UHGV virus genome: UHGV-0134778
DNA from: a virus
DNA: 64,000 nucleotides
Strand: one strand, 5' to 3'
Below the pieces are notes generated by a model that was given only the letters and a program-made list of their open reading frames with translations, was not told the origin of the DNA and did no database searches. Shown here piece by piece: positions 55,866 through 64,000 of the stretch; the first letter of the stretch is position 1; every line of letters starts with the position of its first letter. The position numbers and the translations under genes are program-made.

Positions 55866-57106
55866 TACGCCTCCTCGTAGATAATGTCGATAGTATTACC
55901 GTCGCGGTCAACCACGTACTCAATTGGGTCGCCATCTTTGCGCGATTCTGGAGCTACTACGATTTCGTAGCGGCATGCACGGCACTTGGCGCTGTTGTGT
56001 TGGTAAGGTACACTAACTACATCGGCAGGGTCAACCATAACCGTCATCACAGTTCCGTAGCTCTTTGCATACTCTTTGCTGGCACAGTGCAGGCCATAAG
56101 AGCATGCAGCTTCCGGATCATCCTCTACAAAGTTACGAGGCATGGATACAAAAGCCCCCTGGTATTGTGGGACTTTACCACTGTGCCAATCCACCCACTT
56201 GTCGCCGTTAAACTGAACCCCTTTGTAGCAAATGATTCGACCATCTTCTGCAATCTGAATGTCGTTTGCCTGCATAAAATCGTAGAGCATGTTTACAGAT
56301 TTTGCAGAAGGATTGCGTAGCAGGCGAACGAGGAATTTCACATAGCGGTCATCCAGTGTTCCGTCTGCATAATCTTTCTCAATTTTCTTTGCAATGGTGG
56401 ATCGCATCTCTACACCGTAGTAGTAGAGCTTACCATCTTTCATGATCAGGTTGTCTGCAAGTGTGGTGAACTCATTCTTGCGTTCCAGCCAGACAAGGAT
56501 TTCACCAATTGCCTCGTCATATTCCTGAACAGAGATATGGTCGAAGACTTTCTGGTAAACTTCCTCACTTTCACTGCGGCGAATTTCAAAAATACCTTCG
56601 TTGCAGGTGATCTGGAGGAGTTCCCCGCAAATAACCACCAAAGGCTCGATGCTTCGGGTCTGTTGCTGAGACACACTGCTCACCACCTCCAGCACCGGGT
56701 CTTTTACTTCTACTAAAGGTTCTTCTGACTTGATTGCTACCCCAGTGAACCCTACACCGTGAACAACACACAGTGGATATACCACACCCCAACGTTTAAC
56801 GGAACCTTCTCCTAAATCTAAGATCATGGCGTACTTACCGTTATCTTCCAGCCCATATCGAAATAAACGGGCCTCTTCACGGGTTTCAAAATCCTCACGG
56901 GTGTAGCAGACGCTGTCACGGTCAGGATCGAACAACTCTGGGGCACCTACTGCCAGTGTCCAGGTTGTGTTACCTTTCTCAATAGCGCATGTGAAACCCT
57001 TCTTCTCAAGCTCTGCACGGCGGTCACGTGCTTCTTTACGAGTTTTGAAATGTTCGTAGATGAAAATCATCTTGGTCTCCTTATTTGATGTTATTCTTTG
57101 TATCAA
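55865..57106 (-). CDS. rIIB: rIIB-like protein (413 aa)
   Basis: C-terminal half recalled as matching T4 rIIB: LYDFMQANDIQIAEDG, CSYGLHCASKEY, VDPADVVSVP...AKCRACRYEIVV; adjacent to rIIA. Confidence 0.7.
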   Translation of the reverse strand: MIQRITSNKETKMIFIYEHFKTRKEARDRRAELEKKGFTCAIEKGNTTWTLAVGAPELFDPDRDSVCYTREDFETREEARLFRYGLEDNGKYAMILDLGEGSVKRWGVVYPLCVVHGVGFTGVAIKSEEPLVEVKDPVLEVVSSVSQQQTRSIEPLVVICGELLQITCNEGIFEIRRSESEEVYQKVFDHISVQEYDEAIGEILVWLERKNEFTTLADNLIMKDGKLYYYGVEMRSTIAKKIEKDYADGTLDDRYVKFLVRLLRNPSAKSVNMLYDFMQANDIQIAEDGRIICYKGVQFNGDKWVDWHSGKVPQYQGAFVSMPRNFVEDDPEAACSYGLHCASKEYAKSYGTVMTVMVDPADVVSVPYQHNSAKCRACRYEIVVAPESRKDGDPIEYVVDRDGNTIDIIYEEA

Positions 57107-59063
57107 TCAGTTCACGGTATTCAATCATAGCAGGAGTGTCCCAATATTTCAAGCCTACATGCTTCAAAAGTGGATATTTCTTTTCCAATCTTGCAATATA
57201 GGCCTTCCCGCACTTAACCCGGTTGGCGATTAAGATTTTGGCACGATGATTTAGCTCACCGTACTTCCACGTGGTGCTACCTTCCCACTTGTGGAAATGT
57301 GGCCGATAACTTCCAAAATCCTGCATGGGGATAATTTTACCTAACTGTCTGTACAGGCTGTCATATGAAGTTTCATTTGCTGCGCGAGTTAGTAAGAATT
57401 TCCAAGCATCCTCTTTCAACAAATGTTCCACATTCTTCTCTGTAACATATTGGCAATCAGGATCAGTCCAAAGCAGACGAGATTCCGACACCAGGTACAG
57501 ATCTTCCCCTTCAGGAATCTGGAGTGCCGCACGCACACGGTCATAATCTTGCTGGTAGATGTTGCTCATCTGCCCTAGCCAACAACTTCCGCGTTGGATA
57601 TCCCCCTCATACGGTATGCAGTGCTTAATCTTCCTGAACTCTGCCTTAGTAATACGCTCACGCCGGAAGTAACCATCCTTCTCAAGTTTTTTAACCCAAT
57701 AGCCTGGTTCGTAACGGGTTTTGGTTTCACCTTTCTTCGTAGGTCGGCGTGGAAGCTCCGATAACAATTTGACCGTATCTGCAAAAAACGGATGGTGTGC
57801 CGCCTCTTTAAACTCTTTCACCAGATCCGTGTTACGGCAATAGAAAACGTTGCGTCCGGTAATCTCGCTTAAGTAGTTACACTTATTCCGGTTATATTTG
57901 CCGTCTCCGTCGTTAAATACTAAATAAACTCCCCGTAAGAATTCTACCTTTCCGTAGCAGGCGTAACCTATGCGGCCTTTATTTAAGCCGCCAGCGAAGA
58001 TCTCGCAGTCCCCCAAATTTCCTAGCCCTGTTTCTTCCCAGCGGTCATACATAAAATTCTTACCGAAGATGTGCCCGAACACTCCACTGTTCTTCATCAT
58101 CTCGCGTGCTTCTGAGGATGTTTTTGCTGTCTCCAGTTCTGCAACAACTTCTGCTCCACGAAGGCGAATGCCTTCTTTGACAAAAGCTTCCAAACGCTCT
58201 TGGAATCCACCATCGTCGTGACCTTCTATGGTCCATTCACGCCCTGGGTTAATATTGCAATCTCCGATAGGGATCTCTACACAAATTGCAGGATAATCTA
58301 TTAGTGTCTCCAGGAACTTAGAACGGTAAGGTTGGTGACCCATTACCACACGACTCTCGTCAGAGCTGGTATAACCCTTCAGGATGGTCATCTTCCAACC
58401 ATCTTTTTCATAATAATACTGCGCCTCTACTTTGTCTCCCTCCAGCATCTTGCTCGTCATCGGGTCGGTGACAGTGAACGGAAATTTTGCATAGCGCAGG
58501 CATGATGCAATAGCGGTGCGATATTTCAGAACATGCTCTTTCTTAACATGAAACTGAACTTTTACCCCGTTGTGCTCTTCAGTCTTCCGCTCACGGATCT
58601 TGGTGACATTTGGGATACCCTGGTCCAAGAACAATAGGTATGTGCTTTCCACACCGTTGTGCACACTGATTACATCGAAAGTGTCCACCATGCTGAACGG
58701 GGCCTTTGAACCAACACCTTTATTGCCTACCAGAGCGTTGCTGTTGCGCTTGGTCGACTCACCGAGGTTCATGAAAGTGTTACGGACCATCTCTTCTGAC
58801 ATGCCTAATCCAACGTCCTGCACAAAGAAGTATGGTTCAAGGTCTGTAGGAGAGTGAATGATGATCGGTACATCACCTCGTCCAGACTCAACATGTGAGT
58901 CCACAGCATTGAAGATCGGTTCACGGCAGCTTGCCAGTACCTTATCTTCATAAATCCCTTTGATGATTAGCCCAAAAGTCTCTTTGTTCAGAGAAATTGA
59001 TCCCCTGGTTACCTCCATATTCCCAGTTAGCACCGCTTTAGTTTCATTGCTGTTTACAATCAT
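57081..59063 (-). CDS. rIIA: rIIA-like protein with N-terminal GHKL ATPase fold (660 aa)
   Basis: Bergerat-fold motifs EPIFNAVDSH and FVQDVGLGMS; sits directly upstream of rIIB. Confidence 0.7.
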   Translation of the reverse strand: MIVNSNETKAVLTGNMEVTRGSISLNKETFGLIIKGIYEDKVLASCREPIFNAVDSHVESGRGDVPIIIHSPTDLEPYFFVQDVGLGMSEEMVRNTFMNLGESTKRNSNALVGNKGVGSKAPFSMVDTFDVISVHNGVESTYLLFLDQGIPNVTKIRERKTEEHNGVKVQFHVKKEHVLKYRTAIASCLRYAKFPFTVTDPMTSKMLEGDKVEAQYYYEKDGWKMTILKGYTSSDESRVVMGHQPYRSKFLETLIDYPAICVEIPIGDCNINPGREWTIEGHDDGGFQERLEAFVKEGIRLRGAEVVAELETAKTSSEAREMMKNSGVFGHIFGKNFMYDRWEETGLGNLGDCEIFAGGLNKGRIGYACYGKVEFLRGVYLVFNDGDGKYNRNKCNYLSEITGRNVFYCRNTDLVKEFKEAAHHPFFADTVKLLSELPRRPTKKGETKTRYEPGYWVKKLEKDGYFRRERITKAEFRKIKHCIPYEGDIQRGSCWLGQMSNIYQQDYDRVRAALQIPEGEDLYLVSESRLLWTDPDCQYVTEKNVEHLLKEDAWKFLLTRAANETSYDSLYRQLGKIIPMQDFGSYRPHFHKWEGSTTWKYGELNHRAKILIANRVKCGKAYIARLEKKYPLLKHVGLKYWDTPAMIEYRELIDTKNNIK

Positions 59064-59560
59064 TTATTGCGCTCCTTGTAGTAGATATGGCTCCCGAATT
59101 GAGCTGTCCTCTGCATCTTTTTTGCCCATTTCGGTCGTACTTTTGTTGTATGGTAGTGTGTTGCTCCGCCTGTTATATCCATAGCCATGTATGCAACATG
59201 GTTGTTATTATAGACCTTTAGAAGCATCTTTGCAAGACTTTTAGCGTGATCCCATGAATCTTTTTCTGTCACCTTAAAAGTTTTGCCGTGGTTTGTCCAC
59301 GAAAACTGGTTAGGTTGGTAGACAATCTTTCTTATAGTGTCTGGGTATTTGGGGTGAGATTTCCTGTTTAGTGTGGCAAATCCGGATGCCAGCATACCCA
59401 TCGTGCCATCCCCTCTAGCCTCCCTGTAGATATTGCATGCTAGAATGTTTTCCTTAGTATCCGACGGCTTGCAAGTGTGATATACTTTTTGTTTTGGTGC
59501 TGCAACAACAGGCAGCGATAAAAATGCGCTCAAAATAATAGCAAAGATTTTAATTTTCAC
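59060..59560 (-). CDS. secreted cell-wall hydrolase, SleB/CwlJ-like (166 aa)
   Basis: Signal peptide MKIKIFAIILSAFLSLPVVAA; motifs NIYREARGDG, ATLNR, NQFSW. Confidence 0.5.
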   Translation of the reverse strand: MKIKIFAIILSAFLSLPVVAAPKQKVYHTCKPSDTKENILACNIYREARGDGTMGMLASGFATLNRKSHPKYPDTIRKIVYQPNQFSWTNHGKTFKVTEKDSWDHAKSLAKMLLKVYNNNHVAYMAMDITGGATHYHTTKVRPKWAKKMQRTAQFGSHIYYKERNK

Positions 59561-59609
59561 AATAGCTCCAAATAGAAAATCCCCGCCGAAGCGGGGTGTG
59601 TCTTAGAAA

Positions 59610-59990
59610 TTAATCGTAGTGTGCCAAAATCTCTCCATCGTTGCAAGTCCCCTCTACGAAGTTGTGAAGATTCATGCATTCATCTTGATAGAAGAATTTA
59701 CCGCTTTTCAGCCGTAGACCAAACAACTCCGCATCTCCACGATGGCAAGCCTCTACAAGTTCATAGATTTCATACGGTAATTCCCCATCGTCATGGAAGA
59801 ACCCCGCTTTATCGTTGACATAGATGAAGAAATAGTCACTGCTGTCGCAAGCGTCCAGTATTTTAAACCAGATTTCATCCACATCTTTTTCTCGGATATC
59901 GATCACACAAGCGGAGCTGCATTCGTACTCCTTCTCCGGCTCCTCGGTCAATACCACCAAGTAGTTTCCCCGCTTACCTACTTTAGCCAT
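59610..59990 (-). CDS. hypothetical acidic protein (126 aa)
   Basis: Co-oriented ORF. Confidence 0.55.
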   Translation of the reverse strand: MAKVGKRGNYLVVLTEEPEKEYECSSACVIDIREKDVDEIWFKILDACDSSDYFFIYVNDKAGFFHDDGELPYEIYELVEACHRGDAELFGLRLKSGKFFYQDECMNLHNFVEGTCNDGEILAHYD

Positions 59991-59999
59991 ACAACCTCC

Positions 60000-61184
60000 T
60001 CAAGCTTTAGCTAAAATGGCGCTAAACTCTTCACCAAACTCTTTTACAATCTTCATCAGGTTTGGGTATGCTTTGATCAGCTGAGCAACGATCTTGTCCC
60101 TGCCTTTACCAATAAGTAAGGCATTTCCTAAGGCGTTAGGTTTCATCATCGCCATAAAGACTGAGAATACAAAGTCTCGGTTCTCATCCTTGAAATTTTC
60201 CCAAAGGAAATCAAGGAAGTTTGCCACACAGCTGACGAGATCTTCGTCGGAGATACTTGCATTTTCCATCATATTACGAATAGCGATACAACCTTCAGAC
60301 CCCAGAATCCACAAGATGTCTGGCTGCTTAGGACCTACATATTCTTTGCAGCCTCCTGCCATAATCCGACCGATTTCTGGCAAGTTTCGTTTCTTGGTGT
60401 GGTAGGTCCAAATTTCTACCGCTGCAGTGTGACCAATTGCACCTTGTAGAAGGACACGGGCCATAGCGTCAGAAATAATACCGCTGTCAAAATCGTGCAG
60501 GATGTCAGATGCAGCAACCCAAGATCGCGGTGTAGCAAAAGATGGACAATTAATCTCAGCCATGGCCTCATAATTATCGATGGCTGATGGGACTCTTTTC
60601 AGATATCCAATTACCGAGGAGTGCACCCCATTAAGGAATGCATAGTCCTCAATAAACACCTCTGCACTGCTTGTAACTTCTACAATGATAAAGCGGTTAG
60701 CTAGAGGAGCTTCGAGCGCCGAAAGAACAGCACCGTCTGTAGCACGGTTACCTGCAGCTACAAAAACAGAGCCCTTAGGAAATGCATAGGTGCCGCACTT
60801 GTGGTCGAGCATAATTTGCATTGCAACCTTCTGCAGGTAGTTATCTGCATGAGTAAGCTCATCTAGAAAGATAATTCCGCTCCAGTCCGGATCTGCAGGC
60901 CAAAATTCTGGAATTGCAAACACTGTGCGTGTAGTCCCATCCGACTCTACAGGGATAGGTAGCCCAGATAAGTCAGCAGGATCTTTATCTGACAACCGCA
61001 CGTCAACCAGGTTGTCATCTCGCTCGCCGAACATATTATCAGCAATCTGCTTCATCACCTGGCTCTTCCCCACGCCCATCGGTCCTAAAATCAGGACAGA
61101 TCGGTTATGACGCTGGGCAAATTGAATAATAGCTGGCAACTCGCGGACAGTGATTTGACCACTTTCGAATACGTTTCTTGACAT
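60000..61184 (-). CDS. AAA+ ATPase, MoxR/AAA_5-like (394 aa)
   Basis: Walker A ILGPMGVGKS, Walker B IIFLDEL. Confidence 0.6.
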   Translation of the reverse strand: MSRNVFESGQITVRELPAIIQFAQRHNRSVLILGPMGVGKSQVMKQIADNMFGERDDNLVDVRLSDKDPADLSGLPIPVESDGTTRTVFAIPEFWPADPDWSGIIFLDELTHADNYLQKVAMQIMLDHKCGTYAFPKGSVFVAAGNRATDGAVLSALEAPLANRFIIVEVTSSAEVFIEDYAFLNGVHSSVIGYLKRVPSAIDNYEAMAEINCPSFATPRSWVAASDILHDFDSGIISDAMARVLLQGAIGHTAAVEIWTYHTKKRNLPEIGRIMAGGCKEYVGPKQPDILWILGSEGCIAIRNMMENASISDEDLVSCVANFLDFLWENFKDENRDFVFSVFMAMMKPNALGNALLIGKGRDKIVAQLIKAYPNLMKIVKEFGEEFSAILAKA

Positions 61185-61453
61185 TAGTAAAAGTCCTCTA
61201 CTTGTGTGTAAGTGTTTTCAAAGTTTTCCAAAACAGACATCACATCGGATCTGTCAATATCATACGCAACTCTCCAGCCATATGCAACCCTTTCTGCTGT
61301 TGCCTCTTCTGGCGCTAGTCGTCTGCTGGCATAAAAGAGTGTTGGAGTACACTTTCTTGCTTGCCCTCTAACTTTCCCATAATAATATCTGTGAATATCT
61401 TTGTCAAAATTTAATTCTTTTTCTGCACGAAGTTCGTACTGCTGGTATAACAT
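61184..61453 (-). CDS. hypothetical protein (89 aa)
   Basis: Overlapping stop/start. Confidence 0.5.
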   Translation of the reverse strand: MLYQQYELRAEKELNFDKDIHRYYYGKVRGQARKCTPTLFYASRRLAPEEATAERVAYGWRVAYDIDRSDVMSVLENFENTYTQVEDFY

Positions 61454-61497
61454 CTCTACTGCTCCTTAAGCAGCATCCTTGCCGCCATCCCTACCCA

Positions 61498-61878
61498 CTA
61501 AAATGCAGTCCGAATCCAGACAAGGTTCTTATCTGCCCAATCATAGAGGCAAGTCATTGCACTATTGAATTGCTCACACGGAGGATAATCTTCTTCCATC
61601 TTGCGCATAGCAGAGCCTTGTGGGTAAAGCTCCCGTGCTGCAAACCACGCGTCGTAGTCATCAACGGTATCGAAGTAGTATACAACATCCTCCAACTCAG
61701 GATCGAACTTTGAACTATCAGGATCCAGCTGTTCAGGGAACTTGGAGCGTAACTTGCCAGCCACAATACTTGCCAACTCGCTAACATGTTTGTTGTCCCA
61801 CTCTACCAGTTTCCCGTCTTCAGTTATGCGTCCTAACCACTGATCATGAAGGTCAACTGTTGTCTTCCACTGGGCCAT
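61498..61878 (-). CDS. hypothetical protein (126 aa)
   Basis: Co-oriented ORF. Confidence 0.55.
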   Translation of the reverse strand: MAQWKTTVDLHDQWLGRITEDGKLVEWDNKHVSELASIVAGKLRSKFPEQLDPDSSKFDPELEDVVYYFDTVDDYDAWFAARELYPQGSAMRKMEEDYPPCEQFNSAMTCLYDWADKNLVWIRTAF

Positions 61879-61880
61879 TA

Positions 61881-62138
61881 TCAGTCTACCTCTTCTTCTC
61901 GTTGCAGTTCAAGATACCCATAGGTCTGGATATCTTCAAAGGTGTGGAACTCTCCATCTGCCGCTAAGGCACGGACAACCTGGCATAGAGTTTTATAAGG
62001 TACTTTCTCCAAACCCATATTCAGCGCAGGAAAAACCTTATCTAAGTCAACAAAATATACAAACTGTAGCTCACCAGTTTCAAAAGGCGTATCTTCGATA
62101 AACATCTTCTCGGCATTAGTTAAGATTTGCACTTTCAT
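61881..62138 (-). CDS. hypothetical acidic protein (85 aa)
   Basis: Co-oriented ORF. Confidence 0.5.
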   Translation of the reverse strand: MKVQILTNAEKMFIEDTPFETGELQFVYFVDLDKVFPALNMGLEKVPYKTLCQVVRALAADGEFHTFEDIQTYGYLELQREEEVD

Positions 62139-62494
62139 TATTCTGCCTCCTCTTCTTTTTCTTCAGCATTAGTTTCAGTACCACCCCACTCTGGAGTTTC
62201 CACCTCGACAGTAAACTCACGCACTACACGGTAATTGCCCATGAAGCGCTCCACTTCTTCAAGGCTTATGGAGAGGCCATTGGCAACCAAGTCTGCAGCA
62301 CCCTTCTCTACCAGGTAGTCCAGATTGGCTTCCAAGGCTTCAGGCTCAAACCCTGTCAATGCAATCATATAACCTTCCCCTTCATCAGGGAGGGCAATAC
62401 AGCCCAACTGATTTTCTTTAAAAAAGCAGTGACCATCACTATTGATTGGTTGCTCATTGCAGTAAATAGCTGCACGATAAGTAACTTTAGACAT
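62138..62494 (-). CDS. hypothetical acidic protein (118 aa)
   Basis: Overlapping stop/start. Confidence 0.5.
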   Translation of the reverse strand: MSKVTYRAAIYCNEQPINSDGHCFFKENQLGCIALPDEGEGYMIALTGFEPEALEANLDYLVEKGAADLVANGLSISLEEVERFMGNYRVVREFTVEVETPEWGGTETNAEEKEEEAE

Positions 62495-62506
62495 TGATAG
62501 GCCTCC

Positions 62507-62785
62507 TTAGGCAACTGTCATTTTACATTCTTGAAATTTTAGCACAAGACGGTGATTGTGTCTAGTGTCTAAAAAGATTTTTTCAACCATCAGGCACACG
62601 GTATAACCGTCTGTCTTGTTGACAACAAAATCCCCAGGGTGAGGGAGAATGTCCCCAGGATTGGGGAAACATAACCCGCTCAAGAAGGCATCATCGGTGG
62701 TGGACTTAATGGATTTCCACACACTATCTGCCTGAACATTCTCACCAACATAATATACACTACCACATGACTTCATCATAGTCAA
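62507..62785 (-). CDS. hypothetical protein (92 aa)
   Basis: Co-oriented ORF. Confidence 0.5.
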   Translation of the reverse strand: MTMMKSCGSVYYVGENVQADSVWKSIKSTTDDAFLSGLCFPNPGDILPHPGDFVVNKTDGYTVCLMVEKIFLDTRHNHRLVLKFQECKMTVA

Positions 62786-63681
62786 ATCTCCGCGTAAATT
62801 AAACTGGAATCAGTATACTTCTTTAGTGGGTAAATATCCTGTCCATAGATGCCGTCATTAAACACCTCATCTACCCAAAGGCTACACTTATATCCCATCA
62901 TCTCTAAAACACCCATCTCTTCTTCGGTAAACTTATCACCGCTCTTGCAAGATGTCAACACCTCATTCTGTACTCTTGCTACCTCGAAGCGATTATTGGC
63001 AATATCGCTATTGGCGATCAAATACTCACCTAAAGGGTGTGCGGCATTAAAGATGCACAGTGGGCGGTTGACGTAATAGTCTCCCGGTGTATAAAAATTG
63101 TTGAGATCCTTCACCAGAACATTCTTATCAGTCACTTCATTTATAACATCATGCATATCACACATCTTTATATGTTTGAGGATTCCATCCCCCATCACAA
63201 AATAAAAACTTGCTGAGACACTCTCGGCATAGATCTTACTAGATCCGTTGTAGTTGTATTTTACGCGAATGCTTACAGGGGTTTTGCCTGTCGCGTTAGC
63301 CATCATCCAAAGGAACGGAAGTTCAAACTTCTCCTCTGAGGAAACAAAAGGTGAAGTTGCCAGAGATCGGAAACCACCAGAGAAGTTGAAAGTTACAGAG
63401 CCGCTCCGGCGATATGATACCGCATATTCTACTTTTATATCGACATAGCCGTTGGAGTAAGTGTGGCCTCCATTATCCAGATATGTCCATTTATCAGATC
63501 CGGATACCAGCCTACGCTCAATAACCTTCATTACTATAGGAATTAGCGGGTTGGTACAAACCGATTTTGAAGTAGCTTTATCATCCAAAGCCTCGTAAAT
63601 TGCAGAAAGGATATCACCTGCTGAGAGATTGGTTGTGATATCTTGTTTCCACCTGGTGCTAAAACTGTTAAGATTTGCCAT
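62782..63681 (-). CDS. hypothetical protein (299 aa), first gene of minus-strand block
   Basis: Long ORF; divergent from plus-strand promoter at 63764. Confidence 0.6.
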   Translation of the reverse strand: MANLNSFSTRWKQDITTNLSAGDILSAIYEALDDKATSKSVCTNPLIPIVMKVIERRLVSGSDKWTYLDNGGHTYSNGYVDIKVEYAVSYRRSGSVTFNFSGGFRSLATSPFVSSEEKFELPFLWMMANATGKTPVSIRVKYNYNGSSKIYAESVSASFYFVMGDGILKHIKMCDMHDVINEVTDKNVLVKDLNNFYTPGDYYVNRPLCIFNAAHPLGEYLIANSDIANNRFEVARVQNEVLTSCKSGDKFTEEEMGVLEMMGYKCSLWVDEVFNDGIYGQDIYPLKKYTDSSLIYAEI

Positions 63682-63763
63682 GCGTAAGTGCTCCTATGTT
63701 AGTTTTCTTTTGAATGGGTGCACTATATCGTGGATTTAGAGTAAAGTCAACACGTTTTTCAGG

Positions 63764-63792
63764 TTGACATCTTCTCAGGCACTTGGTAAGAT
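63764..63792 (+). promoter_or_regulatory. sigma70-like promoter
   Basis: TTGACA 63764-63769, 17-nt spacer, TAAGAT 63787-63792. Confidence 0.5.
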
Positions 63793-63823
63793 TTCTCCAC
63801 CCACAGAGAACAAGAGACAACTC

Positions 63824-64000
63824 ATGAATCTTGAAAAATATTATACACCAGAAGAGTTAGAGCGCTTGCTCAAAAAATACAGACGCAAACAGAATAACGC
63901 ACGGAAACGGGATATAGAGTTCAACCTGTCATGGGAAGAATATCTCCTATTTGGTAAAAAACTTTTAGGAGAGGGAGTATGCGACTATACCCTTATACCT
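63824..64000 (+). CDS. freestanding HNH-family endonuclease, 5' fragment (runs off window)
   Basis: N-terminal pattern RKRDIEFNLSWEEYLLFGKKLLGEGVCDY resembles phage HNH endonuclease N-termini; catalytic motif not in window. Confidence 0.4.
   Translation, partial: MNLEKYYTPEELERLLKKYRRKQNNARKRDIEFNLSWEEYLLFGKKLLGEGVCDYTLIP

Noticed and set aside
239-58857. Numerous antisense or overlapping shadow ORFs within long genes (for example 239..541, 2913..3134, 3267..3527, 45841..46272, 49307..49693, 53327..53539, 57970..58221)
   Set aside because: They lie inside well-supported genes on the opposite strand or another frame, with no RBS and no distinctive motifs.
1-64000. Prophage or integrative element features (integrase, attachment sites, transposase)
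   Set aside because: No tyrosine or serine recombinase or transposase motifs were recognised; the content is entirely lytic-phage-like.

Overview
This window reads as a slice of a lytic tailed-phage (Caudoviricetes) genome; no host genes, rRNA, tRNA, CRISPR array, integrase or transposase were seen. It has three parts. (1) Positions 1-24300 are a plus-strand block with sigma70-like promoters (TTGACA-N17-TATAAT) and U-tract terminators. It carries a nucleotide-metabolism cluster (thyX, nrdA, nrdB, glutaredoxin, nrdD split by a group I intron with an HNH homing endonuclease, nrdG, phoH), a ClpP-like protease, a Dam-like methyltransferase, a ribosome hibernation factor (hpf) homolog, and about 40 small ORFs including tandem paralog families. 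(2) Positions 24300-26820 are a gene-free, repeat-rich region between the two convergent blocks, with iterons, a composite direct-repeat/inverted-repeat element and a dispersed GCCTGAAGAG motif. (3) Positions 26820-63700 are a minus-strand block: small genes preceded by conserved GC-rich hairpins and a 45-bp repeat, a second non-coding repeat locus (36.6-37.7 kb), a macro-domain protein, an SSB-like protein, family A DNA polymerase, TOPRIM/DnaB-type primase-helicase, two further DNA methyltransferases, an SF1B helicase, rIIB, rIIA, a secreted cell-wall hydrolase and a MoxR-like AAA+ ATPase. A partial HNH endonuclease gene starts at the 3' edge. All calls rest on motif recognition and reading the sequence by eye; no database search was run. 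Coordinates of hand-mapped motifs may be off by a few nucleotides. The most likely novel content is the non-coding repeat locus, the hairpin/45-bp repeat regulatory architecture, the small-protein paralog arrays, and accessory genes (hpf, macro domain, MoxR ATPase, ClpP-like).
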